Of a stretch of 64,000 nt of DNA, positions 26,419 to 40,028 are shown piece after piece. Under the pieces are notes generated by a model, which made no database searches, had not been told where the DNA came from, and saw only the letters and a list, made by a program, of their open reading frames with translations. Both the position numbers and the translations under genes were made by a program. This DNA is from Haliotis rubra (Eukaryota), in contig NW_025767035.1 of NCBI RefSeq assembly GCF_003918875.1, positions 2,728,001 through 2,792,000 of the forward strand, given 5' to 3'. How positions within the stretch are numbered: position 1 is the stretch's first letter; each line of letters starts with the position of its first letter.

Positions 26419-26454
26419 CAACGTTTCTGAGCTATTCATTGCCCCTTCGTCAGG
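26419..26454 (-). ncRNA. Minimal hammerhead-ribozyme-like motif (Penelope type)
   Basis: CTGACGA-AG-GGGC-AATGAATA-GCTC-A-GAAAC-GTTG; the inverted copy at 26982-27017 has TTGACGA. Confidence 0.6.
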
Positions 26455-26473
26455 TGAATACTAACAGTTGTAC

Positions 26474-26647
26474 TGACTGACTGACTGAGTGAGTTTACTT
26501 TTACGCCGCTTTTAGCAATATTCCAGCAATATCACGGCGGGGGGACACCAGAAATGGGCTTAACACATTGTGCCCATGTGGGGAATCGAACCCGGATCTT
26601 CGGCGTGACGAGCCAACGCTTTAACCACTAAGCTACCCCACCGCCCC
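26474..26647 (-). mobile_element. tRNA-derived SINE, family 1, full length
   Basis: A/B boxes (TAGCTTAGTGG, GGGTTCGATTCCC), (TCAC/TCAG)n tail, 15-bp TSD TACTAACAGTTGTAC. Confidence 0.92.
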
Positions 26648-28959
26648 TACTAACAGTTGTACAGGATATATATAAACTAGCAATGGTCTTGAAGCCAGAG
26701 TGCTTTTAAACATGTATATACAATAAATAGCGGATTATAAGATGGAAGAGAATTAAATATACATGAGTCTAATTAATTTCCCAAGCATTGGGTAGGTAAA
26801 CCCTGTGATCTCTGTTCATCTGTGGCGCTAATCTTTTGATGCTGATAGACTCCGAAATCTTGCGTCGTCGCCAATCATGGATGTTCGATGCTATGATGGT
26901 TGTTGCTTGCCAGTCAATGAAGTGTGATGAATTGTTCACAATATGTTCAGAAAGGGTTGACTTTAGATCTGATTTCTCTACCTTGACGAAGGGGCAAGGA
27001 ATAGCCCAGAAACGTTGTGTATACAATAAAAAAAGAAGTTGACATCCATAATGTCTTGTGTTATACTTGAATACCAACTTCTATATGCCTCTCAACAACC
27101 TCAGTGTAAGAAGAAGAAAATTACAATTTACAGGAGAGAGGGTGAAGTAAAACAGACGCTGCATGTGTAACACCATCTCGATCACGGGGTTATAGGAGTG
27201 AGTGAGTGAGTTTAGTTTTACATCGCAATCAGCAATGTTCCAGCTATATGGCGACGATCTGACGGAGTTACATGAAAGCCAACTGTGACATTACGTGAAA
27301 TAGCATTGAATAAACGAAGATGCCAAAATATAATGATACGTCGTTATCGCTGCACCAATTTACCGTGAGGTTTTACATCGTTCTTATCCCCGTATAACTA
27401 TTCTTTAAATCTCAACTATGACATTTTGACAAACTCGTCGCATTCATTCCTTCGTTCTTTTTGTTCAGGAGACTTCTTGCAGCTTTTGAAATTGGTTTCT
27501 ATACCTTGATACCATGATAGGATATGATTGACGAACGAACAACTTCTTTATCACAATTTCCACCGATATTTCAGTGTAGGTTGTGGCGCCATTATCAAGA
27601 AAGTAATGTACAGTGTATGGCTGAGAGGCATAGAACTATGGGCAAGTTGTTCATCCATATATCTTATCCTTACTTAGTACTCCAGCAATGACTTGACACC
27701 AGTCCTACGTGACAGATTGCTGGAATATTGCTAAAAGCGGCGTAAAACTAAAACTCACTCACTCACTCACTCACAGCCTGTTGCATGTGGTATCACTGAG
27801 TTAATCGATGGAGACTACTGGAAACTTATTTCTTTAAATGTGCAGTTTATTGCTAATAAAACAATAAGGACATCGAAATGGATCGGGTACCGTTCTAGAA
27901 ACAAAATAAACGAAAACTAACGTTTCTATAATAATAACGAATATACGGATAATGATAATACCTGATTAGAATGCAACACGGAGTTTAAAAGGGACTAGGC
28001 ATTGTCATACAAGGTGATGTTCTAGCCCGTTCATCTGTGGGTTTTGCATTCACGGCAGCAATGGACCGGATGCTTTTCACTTCTCCGTCCACCATCTATT
28101 CCCAGATGAGGTCAATACTTACCGTGAATAGAAAATAATAACTGTTCAGCTTCTTCCGCTCCAAAGTGCAGTAAATTGAACTCTTTACACGAAGAATATC
28201 AGCTGTCTCTAACACAATATTGATAAATGGAAATGTGTCGCCTGTATACATGGATGCACTAGACAATCACCCAGTTTCTCTGCCCAAGCGTCTCGAGAGA
28301 CCGGGACAAGATTAAACTGGCAGTTTGAGTGTGCGTCGGGGCGCAGAGGTGACAGTTCGGATGCTCAAGCATTGAGAGTATCGAGAAAATATACCGATTT
28401 ATATATGAGATTTTGTTAAAATATTGTGTTTGGCTGTCTCAAGGGGGTTACCCAAGTGTATTTATTGTAAAGTATATTTTATCAATAATGCAATGTGAAA
28501 TGGCTGACAGTCATTTAATAAGTTGTTCAATAAACATAACTGAGGATTTTAGGTGTACTGTGATCGCCATGGTTGTCAGGTCGTCAAATTGCTAATTTTC
28601 TGGGGAGGGTCTTTTGATGGTTTTCATACCTGGAAGAAACATTTAGGGTGATAAGATCAAAACCCAAAACACACTACGTTGCTATGGTTACTTGTATTAA
28701 TGTAATTTAATCCAGACATTTCCGCCCGACACGACAGCTCTCTCGATCACGGTTGACGTAACGAAACGTATAGATAAACTGATTCAGCAGTTTGTGCGTT
28801 AGCTTTCAATCAACAAGTCAGCTTCATTGCCAGCAACTGAGTGAGTGTTTTACGCGGTCTTAAACAGTACTTCAGTCACGTTACTAACTTACTACGTGGG
28901 TGGGAGATCCAAAGTATACTACTGTTCTGAAACACACAAGCACGTGTGCAATAATGTGT

Positions 28960-29317
28960 GAAACGAGCACCGGTACGGTACTGAGTTAACACGAGCACCT
29001 TTGCGGTACTGTGTTAACACAGCACCTGTACGGCTCTGAGTTAACACGAGCACCTGCACGTACGGTACTGAGTAAAACGAGCACCGGTAGGGTATGAGTT
29101 GACAGGAGCACCTTTGCGGTACTAAATAACACCACCATCGGTGCGGTATTGATTTAACACGAGCACCTTTGCGGTACTGAATAACACGACCACCGGTGCG
29201 GTATTGATTTAACACGAGCACCTCTACGGTACTGAATAACACGACCACCGGTGCGGTATTGAGTTAACACGAGCACCTTTGCGGTACTGAATAACACGAG
29301 CACCTCTACGGTACTGA
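28960..29317. repeat. Diverged minisatellite of about 26-29 bp
   Basis: AACACGAGCACC(N)CGGTACTGA(G)T. Confidence 0.88.
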
Positions 29318-29861
29318 CCTACAGCCACAAGTTTCTGGACCATATAGCACTCGTATGTAGGACTCATAGCGAAATGCAGAGCTTCCCATCCCAAAAGAGG
29401 AAAAATGCTGGGGTCCAGCCGTTACCACGGTGGGTCCTGGTTGGGGTTTGAGGGGTAAGGGAATTACATTCAGAAGTGATCTCGACGAAATGATTGGCTA
29501 GAATCATGACAATGTATTGAAATAGAAAGAAAGAGAAGATGTTACACATATATTCTGGGCAATAAAGTGAGCCCCATCTGGCGAGGCATGGAAATTTGGA
29601 TATCGTACAAAAAGCGAAGCCCGGTATCAGTATCCACAGAAAATGTGCTATTTATAAAAGTAATAATCCTATAAACCTTGTCCTTATCTTGTCAAAACGA
29701 ATCATTTTCAACTTTAGAACTTATAACTACTCACCAACATACAGAAGGATCTCACGTTAATAAGGTATACATCTGTCATTAATTGTAATAGAAATATTAA
29801 ACTTTGGTCAAACTGTCATGCTGTGTTTTCTTCTATACATTGTTGTGCAAAATCGTGTTAG

Positions 29862-30422
29862 TGCATAAGATAAATGAACAAAATATTTTAAAAATCGATC
29901 CATCAGCGATTGAACTACAAGACAAGCAAGATTGGCCTTCGGGGAAGCAGTTTTGGTCCACGCAGTTAACTTTACGTTACAAGTTTACGACAATGTCCAT
30001 GTACAAGTCATACGCCAGTAATCATTCTTGATGCAAGTGCAATACGTGTTTTGCATAAGATAAATAAACAAATTATTTTAAATATCGATCCATCAGCGAT
30101 TGAACCACAAGGCAAGCAGGATTGGCCTCCTAGAACGCAGTGTTGTCCACGCAGTTACCTTTACGTTACTTGTTTACGACAATGTCCATGTACAAGTCAT
30201 ACGCCAGTAATCATTCTTGATGCAAGTGCAATACGTGTTTTGCATAAGATAAATAAACAAATTATTTTAAATATCGATCCATCAGCGATTGAACCACAAG
30301 ACAAGCAGGATTGGCCTCCTAGAAAGCAGTGTTGTCCACGCAGTTACCCTTACGGTACTTGTTTACGACAATGTCCTTGTACAAGTCATACGTCAGTAAT
30401 CATTCTTGATGCTGGTACAATA
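29862..30422. repeat. Triple tandem duplication of about 190 bp
   Basis: TGCATAAGATAAAT starts at 29862, 30052 and 30241. Confidence 0.92.
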
Positions 30423-32229
30423 CACATTTGGAGTTTTACAAGAGAATGACTACCACTGCTGGTGAATTGTGTCTTGGGAGTACGCTAAGGTTGTCCACAT
30501 CAGAGGATATCCGACACCGGAGAGCTTCCTTAATGCCCCTGAGGGCGCTGAACAAACGTCAGGGGCTAGATCTCAAGGTAACGCGAGAGAAACGCTCATC
30601 TTACAGAGACTGAGGTTTCACTCTGTGCACTATTATTCTTCTTGTAAAAATTTAATAGTTTGATATTTGCGTGTATCATAACAACTACATATTGCGTTTG
30701 TGCCGTTTTACCTCTAAAGTCAGCTTAGGCTAAAGACTTGCTGACATTACAATTTAAGAAGAAATGATGATTTGTACTTAAATTCTGCTCTTTTTCTCAA
30801 ATTCTGGAGATCTTGTTTACCGAATTCATCAATTGATAGATCTTTATTTCTGCACCGAGGCTATAAACGCATAGTATAACAATGTTTCAGAGTAATTATT
30901 ATTATTATTATAGGATATTTATATAGCACTAGTGCATGCTCAAGGCGCTGGTATGTTTTCCCTCGATCATTGGATGTCAATCTCAACGGCACATCGCATT
31001 ATCAATCTCAACTCCCTGGGAAGTATACAATTTGAACAGTAATGGAGTATATAAAAGAGTGCATTTATCATAAGTCAAGGTAGGTCTACAGAAAGATGAT
31101 CAATGTTAAACATTTCTCTTTCGCAAAGGTGAATATAATATGAAAATTTGATCAATCTAAAATCTTGCATTTTTGTTTTAGTGTGATCTACAAGCTAAAT
31201 TATATAAATACCAAGGGAAAATAAAGCGACTATTACAATCAAACTGTTGTATAGCATGATATTAAATAGTTTGTATTTATTATTATCAGAAATCTTGCGT
31301 TGTTGTAACATTTTTCTGAACACATAATTTACACGAAAGGTTTGTGCAGCATTGAGTTACTGTGAGAAATGCTGCGTCTCAGCTCACCTTTAACAGTTTT
31401 AAACCTATTACCCACCGTTCAGATACATTAGGAAAAAAGGAAATTTGAGACAGTGCGTAATTGCATTTGCAAGTAGCTGCTTAATAGGCCTCCGTGTAGA
31501 TGAATGCCATTGTCAACAAAAAAACGCCGCTAAGAAAGGAGCGCAAATTGGTTCGCAGCAATGCTGCCATTATTTCAATACAAATAACAGTTGGGTGTTT
31601 TAGCAATTTTCTCACAATTCAAAACTCGTCCTTCGGTGTCTAACAGTGCTACGTTAGGCATGCATTCTGCGTTCTCAAAGCGGGGGATCCGCTTGAAAGA
31701 TGCAAACAAAGACGAGTCCCTTAGCAACTGTGCCATCAAGGAGCCCCTGTGTTGCCAAATATTGCCAAATATTGCCAAATTCTCTAGACGATTCCGCTAA
31801 TAGGTTGCGTTGGTTGGTGATGGTTTTAGTTAGACCCACGGGTTGTTCAGTACCAGGATGTCGCCTGAGCAATCGAATTTCGTCAATGCGGATTTCATTT
31901 GGACTGATCCAATTTGAACAGTCGCCGTGAATTTGAAATATGATAATATTGTCATTCGAGTGGTAGTAGTGTCCCTCTATAGAGGATGTCTGTTCAAAGA
32001 AGCGATGGCCCTCCAGAGGAGGGACGACTAAAGAAACACAGATACTGTTGTCGTAGGGAGAAACACCCACATGAACAGATACACTGCTACCATAGAAGAG
32101 AAGCCTGTAGGTCGTTAAACATTGTTTCTGGTTCTGTAGGACTCATCGGTGAAGCATTAGCACAATATGTGTTGGAGGGAAGGGGCTACAGCAAAGACAA
32201 GAGGGTTATAAAGCTGACTGCTTTTGTTT

Positions 32230-35130
32230 GAGAGGTACTGAGGGAATGGCAAGAGAGGTTCAGTCCATGGTATTTAGAGTTGATAAGAGAGTTCAGTCAG
32301 GAGAGGGGTGTCAGGAGAGGGTTAATCTGTCCTATCCAGAGATGGCAGGAAGAGTTCAGTCCGTCTTATCTAGGAATGACAGGATGACGTTCTGTCCGTC
32401 CTGTCTAGGGTTGACAAGAAAAGTTCAGTCTGTGTTATCTAGGGTTGACAAGAAAAGTTCAGTCTGTATTATCTAGGGTTGACAAGAAAGTTCAGTCTGT
32501 TATCTAGGGTTGACAAGAAAAGTTCAGTCTGTGTTATCTAGGGTTGACAAGAAAAGATCAGTCTGTATTATCTAGGGGTGTCAGGAGAGGTTTAATCTGT
32601 CCTATCCAGAGATGACAGGAAGAGTTCAGTCCGTCTTATCTAGGAATGACCGGATGACGTTCTGTCCGTCCTGTCTAGGGTTTACAAGAAAGGTTCAGTC
32701 TGTGTTATCTAGGGTTGACAAGAAAGGTTCAGTCTGTGTTATCTAGGGTTGACGAGAAAGGTTCAGTCTGTGTTATCTAGGGTTGACAAGAAAAGTTCAG
32801 TCTGTGTTATCTAGGGTTGACAAGCAAAGTTCAGTCTGTGTTATCTAGGGTTGACAAGAAAGTTCAGTCTGTGTTATCTAGGGTTGACAAGAAAAGTTCA
32901 GTCTGTGTTATCTAGGGTCGTCAGGAGAGAGGAGGTTTAGTCCGTCTATCTAGGGTTTAAAAGAGAGGTTCAGTCCGTCTACTAGGGTTGAAAAGAGGTT
33001 CAGTCCGTCTATTTAGGTTGACAAAAAAGGTTCAGTCTGTGTTATCTAGGGTTGACAAGAAAGGTTCAGTCTGTGTTATCTAGGGTTGACAAGAAAGGTT
33101 TAGTCAGTGTTATCTAGGGTTGACAAGAAAAGTTCAGTCAGTGTTATCTAGGGTTGACAAGCAAAGTTCTGTCTGTGTTATCTAGGGTTGACAAGAAAAG
33201 TTCAGTCTGTATTATCTAGGGTTGACAAGAAAGTTCAGTCTGTGTTATCTAGGGTTGACAAGAAAAGTTCAGTCTGTGTTATCTAGGGTTGACAAGAAAG
33301 TTCAGTCTGTTATCTAGGGTTGACAAGAAAAGTTCAGTCTGTGTTATCTAGGGTCGTCAGGAGAGAGGAGGTTTAGTCCGTCTATCTAGGGTTTAAAAGA
33401 GAGGTTCAGTCCGTCTACTAGGGTTGAAAAGAGGTTCAGTCCGTCTATTTAGGTTGACAAAAAAGGTTCAGTCTGTGTTATCTAGGGTTGACAAGAAAGG
33501 TTCAGTCTGTGTTATCTAGGGTTGACAAGAAAGGTTTAGTCAGTGTTATCTAGGGTTGACAAGAAAAGTTCAGTCAGTGTTATCTAGGGTTGACAAGCAA
33601 AGTTCTGTCTGTGTTATCTAGGGTTGACAAGAAAAGTTCAGTCTGTATTATCTAGGGTTGACAAGAAAGTTCAGTCTGTGTTATCTAGGGTTGACAAGAA
33701 AAGTTCAGTCTGTGTTATCTAGGGTTGACAAGAAAGTTCAGTCTGTTATCTAGGGTTGACAAGAAAAGTTCAGTCTGTGTTATCTAGGGTTGACAAGAAA
33801 AGTTCAGTCTGTGTTATCTAGGGTTGACAAGAAAAGTTCAGTCTGTATTATCTAGGGTTGACAAGAAAGTTCAGTCTGTGTTATCTAGGGTTGACAAGAA
33901 AAGTTCAGTCTGTGTTATCTAGGGTTGACAAGAAAAATTCAGTCTGTATTATCTAGGGGTGTCAGGAGAGGTTTAATCTGTCCTATCCAGAGATGAAAGG
34001 AAGAGTTCAGTCCGTGTTATCTAGGAATGACGGGATGACGTTCTGTCCGTCCTGTCTAGGGTTGACAAGAAAGGTTCAGTCTGTGTTATCTAGGGTTGAC
34101 AAGAAAGGTTCAGTCTGTGTTATCTAGGGTTGACAAGAAAAGTTCAGTCTGCATTATCTAGGGTTGACAAGAAAGTTCAGTCTGTGTTAATTAGGGTTGA
34201 CAAGAAAAGTTCAGTCTGTGTTATCTAGGGTTGACAAGAAAAGTTCAGTCTGTCTATCTAGGAGAGGTTTATGGGAAAAGTTCAGTCCGTCTATCTAGGA
34301 ATGACAGGACACGCTCTGTCCATCATATGTAGAGCTGACAAGAGAGGTTCAGTTGGTCTATCTAGGGTTTAAAAGAGAGGTTCAGTCCGTCTATCTAGGG
34401 TTGAAAAGAGAGGTTCAGTCCGTCTATCTAGGGTTGAAAAGAGAGGTTCAATCAGTCCTATCTAGGAGTGACAAGAGAGGTTCAGTCCGTCCTATCTAGG
34501 AGTGACAAGAGGGTTGACTAGGAGTGACAAGAGAGTCCTATCTAGGAGTTCAGAGTTCAGTCCGTATCTAGGAGTGACAAGAGAGGTTCAATCAGTCCTA
34601 TCTAGGAGTGACAAGAGAGGTTCAGTCAGTCCTATCTAGGAGTGACAAGAGAGGTTCAATCAGTCCTATCTAGGAGTGACAAGAGAGGTTCAATCAGTCC
34701 TATCTAGGAGTGACAAGAGAGGTTCAATCAGTCCTATCTAGGAGTGACAAGAGAGGTTCAGTCAGTCCTATCTAGGAGTGACAAGAGAGGTTCAATCAGT
34801 CCTATCTAGGAGTGACAAGAGAGGTTCAATCCGGGTCCTATCTAGGAGTGACAAGAGAGGTTCAATCAGTCCTATCTAGGAGTGGCAAGAGAGGTTCAAT
34901 CAGTCCTATCTAGGAGTGACAAGAGAGGTTCAATCAGTCCTATCTAGGAGTGACAAGAGAGGTTCAATCAGTCCTATCTAGGAGTGACAAGAGAGGTTCA
35001 ATCAGTCCTATCTAGGAGTGACAAGAGAGGTTCAATCCGTTCTATTTAAGAGTGACAAGGGAGTGTCAGTTGAGAAAGGTTCAGTCCATCCCGCCCAGAG
35101 ATGACAAGTGATGTCCAAATTCCCTTCTAT
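32230..35130. repeat. Satellite of about 34 bp with two subtypes and higher-order repeats
   Basis: GGGTTGACAAGAAAAGTTCAGTCTGTGTTATCTA, then GGAGTGACAAGAGAGGTTCAATCAGTCCTATCTA. Confidence 0.95.
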
Positions 35131-37385
35131 CCAGTGGTGATAGGGTAAGTCCTATCAAAGTTTTACATTCGAAAGACACGTCTACGAGGCGCAACTGAGC
35201 TAAATGCCTTCAACGACAGAGTCACCCACCCAGGTACTCTTTAATACAACCCCTTTGATCTACAGTCAATGAAATACTCACTACATGCGCGTCTGTAACA
35301 GATGCCTTCTATCTACGTCAGAAACCCTGTACACGTCTAGTTACAATCTACCTTCGACGTTACGTAGAAAGCGAGTGCCCCTTGGCATGAAACCTGTTCC
35401 TCCTTGTCCCAAACTGGCAGACAACCTAGTTTAGCCATCATTGATCGCTGTAAGTACACCACCAAATATTTCCGTGGTCATTAAGGGCCAGTAACATCAC
35501 CTTCGTGTGACCACCACGCAATGTTCTTACGGATGTATGTAAGCGTAGATGTCACTCAAAATCTATATACTCTTAAATAGATTTGAAATAATCCATACAC
35601 GCGTTACCCATCAGAAGAGATCTAAGACTTCAAATGGTATTATACGGCTCGTTTATAAAAGGCGCCAAGCATTGACTATATAGTAGATACTGCACAGTAT
35701 TGTCAAATTAAAGGTGTCGCAATTTGTTCCGCCCAGTCGCGTTAAAGGACATGGGTTCGATAATGATAATTGTTTGTCGGGGCTGTAACATATTCATGCT
35801 GATCTCTTCGTTTCGCCAATGGAAAATGTACAAAACCATCATCAGGTGGTTTTTCTTCCACTTCTGTTCAAAGCAGCACAAAGGAAGGTGGCCTATTGGA
35901 TATAGTCAACATTCTCCCCAACGGATGCCCGGTCGAGTTCGATTCCCAATTTGGTAATGGTGTTTGACACCTATTATTATATTCGACATCGTAACTATTG
36001 CTAAAGGTGATGTAAAACCATACACTAATTATTTCAACCATGGATTGGAAACTCACTATGAAAAGACATATCTTACAACGTTCTTCTCTAACGAATCAGT
36101 AAAGCAAGTTTCAAAACATCTCAGGTCGCCTATCTAGTGCATGGCGGATGTAGATATAAAAACAGCTCTCTATCAATTAAAGTAGACATGCTGAAGCCAT
36201 TAAGTACTGTCTCCCTGTCCATCCCCGAGCATCAAGGCAAACACTCATCTATTGATTCTCTCAAACTGAGTTCTGTAAACACATCCAGCACTCGACGACG
36301 TGACCAGGCAAATACGCCGTTATTCGCAGCTGTCCAACACCAAGAAGATAGGTCTCCCTTGACGAGTTCTGTGCAGGTGTATTCTAGCACTAAATGAAGT
36401 CTATCGGTTTTTGTAATGTACATGATCGTCTCGAATGGCATCTGACCACACGAGCTGCGATAAGGACATCAATAACACGCCTGCAGTTTACTGTATAATT
36501 CGATATATTTGGGACCAAGGTTATCGCGAGATTGATCATTTCCTCTCGTGTACTGAGAAGGTGAGATCACAGTTTCTGTGACCCTCTATGTACTATTTGT
36601 AATGTATCTTTGACGCTTACTCATCGATTACCTGTGGTTTCAATGAAATCCCAAGAGAAAGTGTCACGTCTCTTAACAAGGCAAAAAAATGCTAACCAAA
36701 TTGGGACAACTCTACATTGCGAGGAATCATCGCCAATTCTGACGGGGAAAATGTGGGCTTTTCGCTTGTAGGCTGTTGGCGAATAAACCCTAAGAATAAT
36801 ATTCAAAACTCGTATATGCGACATTTGATCTAAATGCTAATGGTTAAATGCTTTCTGGATGTGTGGTGTAACTAACTTTATACGTAAAGATTATATAGAA
36901 GAAAAGGTTAACCATATACAATAAGTGAATTACTTCAACAGAGGTATCAAATACAGGGCTTTAGGGCGAAGGGAAAGAGGGGGCGATCCTCCTGACGTCA
37001 AGGGTATTACGAGTACTTCAGTCCCAGATAAACATATCCAAAGAATCAAAATATAATCTTTCCCCACCGTATAGAGTTCGGACGAAGGAAAAATGATGGT
37101 GCTTAGAAAGTCTAGAAAGTATTGCATACTGTACTGAACAAAACCCACCAGTTTATTGTGCTTCTCTTGGTGACGAGGAAGCGTCTGATCGTACTTGGCT
37201 TGACGGTCAGATTATAAATTACAGTAGTTGGTATCGCTGATAAATTACGGAGTCTTATACGTATTTCTACTCAAGTCCATGTACTACTCATGGTTTGCTG
37301 GCTTTTAATCTGATGTTTTTCTGTTAAACAAGGTGTAGGTCAGGGTCGCATCATATCATCATGGGTCTTTAGTTTTCATGAACTA

Positions 37386-37550
37386 GTGAGCGGTGAGTTG
37401 GGTTTTACGCCGCTTTTAGCAATATTCCAGCAATATCACGGCGGGGGGCACCAGAAATAGGCTTCACACATTGTGCCCATGTGGGGAATCGAACGCAGGT
37501 CTTCTGCGTGACGAGCGAACACCTTATCCACTAGGCTACCCCACCGCCCC
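37386..37550 (-). mobile_element. SINE family 1
   Basis: Full length; TSD TTTTCATGAACTA. Confidence 0.9.
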
Positions 37551-39498
37551 TTTTCATGAACTAAGCATCTCTCTTGTGGACTGTACATGTCTCAAATGTG
37601 GCGTGGCGTTGTTTCTAAAAAAACATTTAAATTGCCATGTCATCTGAAACAGTGGGAGATACACAAAATTATCAAACAGTTTCTTGCGCCTTTATAAACT
37701 GTGCAATCCATATTCGATGAACGTTTTCAAAAAAATGTTCTTAGTCCGAATTGAAACAAACAGACACACTAGTTATTTATAACAAGTGGGACATGAAATC
37801 AACCATTCTAACATGTTATGCTTGTCTCCAAATATGATTTGTTTGTCAAAGTTAATGATTTACTTACATTAATCTGATAGCATCACTATTTGGCAACGAT
37901 TCAGTCACAGGACCATTATACAGCGTAAGCATACACCCGGCAGAGATTTCTCACGAATATGGAAAGCGGTTTGTTGCATTTCTATGAGAAAAACTGGAAA
38001 AAGTCCCCAGATGTCAGAAGAGGCGACTAAATGGATCGGCAGGTCACACTCCGTGACTTGCGTACGTGTCATATGCTGACTTGGCGATTCACATGCCGCC
38101 CCCATTTAGGACCCCCAATCCATTTAGTCGCCTGTGTGACCAGCATATGTTTCTGGCGACAAGTCTAGCCTGGACTCCCAGTGGCTCGCGGAATGCTGAT
38201 ATCGGCGTTGAACCAATGACTTGCTCCTGACATGCCGCCAATCATTTGTATTTGATACGTGACATCAATAAAATGAAGACATGCACGCTCACATTGCGGC
38301 TTGTAATCATAAATACTCATTGCTAATTAATTGCTAAGATTAGAGTACACATCTTGTGGGATACGTCAAAACAACCCAAGGTCAAACGTATAGGTTTACG
38401 TAAAAACAAGACTATGAGACGTCAGCGAGTCCACCGTCCTCTTTAATATTATCTTTTATTATATAAACTGTTATCATAGCTGTATTCAAATTCTGGGGTT
38501 TATGTATCCTTTGAATATTACACTTTTTTTTTTTTCACTTTATTTCTTTTTTACGCATTGGTACAGTTTTATCATTCATACACAACATTATTTCAAATAC
38601 ACAGCACAATGAAGTAACAAGCATAAGTGAGATCGAGTAGGTTAGGTAAATAAGTTGAATATTACACTTAATAATCACAGCTGAGATCCTGAAAATAGTT
38701 CTAAGCTGTTGAGCCCAAATTCCAATGACTTTATTTCATGTGTGCCATAAACTGGCAATTGCGGAAACACAGAAGGCATACCATACCCGGCATTCACGGT
38801 GACATGTCCACAACGTGAAATAAAGTTCGGAAATGATCAATTCACAAATTTATAAGAACCCATTGTTTTTCTACATCAAATAGCGTCTTCTCTCTTTGAA
38901 CACGTGATCTGCCCAGATCAACTTGGTCTTCAAACATAACGGGTTGGTGTAGAGACTGACAATGAGGCACCTCCATGGAGGTTCGCTTTGATCAAGTAGG
39001 CTACATACTATTTTAAACCCTTGTTGAACCACATTCTACTTCTTCAGAATTATATTATAACATTTGAAAGATTGATTTTCCTTCTCGTTATAACGTCACA
39101 TTTCTGTGAGATCGATATGTCAGCCCGACAGCTGAGTGAAGCTGGGTCAGATGCTGTGCAGTTATTACAATGTTCTTTGTTATGTGCATCATGCCGATGA
39201 CCGTTATATAGATCCGTGGGATGTGCAGTAGATTCCGTGACACCGGGGCGACAATAGGCAGTGCATGATTTACAGCAAATTTGACGCCACACTATATTCA
39301 TTATTTACAGAAGATGGCGTCATGCTGGTATGAACTATTCAAATCATTCTAATGCATCTTTGTATCTTCAGGAGGCCTAAACAAACATTGAACAACCTGC
39401 TACAGGTTAAACTGGATGCTGATATTGGTCATAGCATGATGGAAGTTACAACGCTAGATCAGCATCATAATATATCTGTATATATCTGTCTATATCGT

Positions 39499-39908
39499 AC
39501 CCGTGAAGATCCAGGCTAGATATGATCTTCAGCAACCCGTGCTTGTCGTAAAAAGGCGACTAACGGCATCGAATGGTCAGGCTCGCTGACTTGGTTGACA
39601 CATGTCATCGCATCCCAATTGTGTATATCAATGCTCATGATTTTGATCACTGCATTGGACCCGTGAAGATCCGGGTTAGAATATTGATCTTCAGTAACCC
39701 ATGCTTGTCGTAAGAGGCGACTAACGGGATCGGGTGGTCAGGTTCGCTGACTTGGTTGACACATGTCATCGGTTCCCAATTGCGTAGATCGATGCTCATG
39801 CTGTTGATCACTGGGTTGTCTGGTCCAGACTCGATTATTTACAGACAGCTGCCATACAGCTGGACTATTGATCAGTGCGAGGTTAAACAAGAAACCAACC
39901 AACCAACT
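39499..39908 (+). mobile_element. Two family-2 copies head-to-tail (39499-39655 partial; 39659-39908 full)
   Basis: Both start ACCCGTGAAGATCC. Confidence 0.88.
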
Positions 39909-39967
39909 ATATCTGTCTATCTATCTATCTACCACTCTCTCTATATACATAGATATATACAAATACA

Positions 39968-39968
<1 letters not shown>

Positions 39969-40009
<41 letters not shown>

Positions 40010-40028
40010 AGACAGAGAGAGAGAGAGA
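39969..40028. repeat. (TG)n(AG)n microsatellite
   Basis: Seen directly. Confidence 0.95.

Larger units (their letters stand above)
26380..27095 (-). mobile_element. Penelope-like element remnant with inverted pseudo-LTR
   Basis: GIY-YIG C-terminal motif HFIDW..RKISESISI..PQMNRD..W (26769-26960); an inverted copy of about 75 bp at about 26380-26454 and 26982-27060 carries hammerhead core motifs. Confidence 0.8.
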
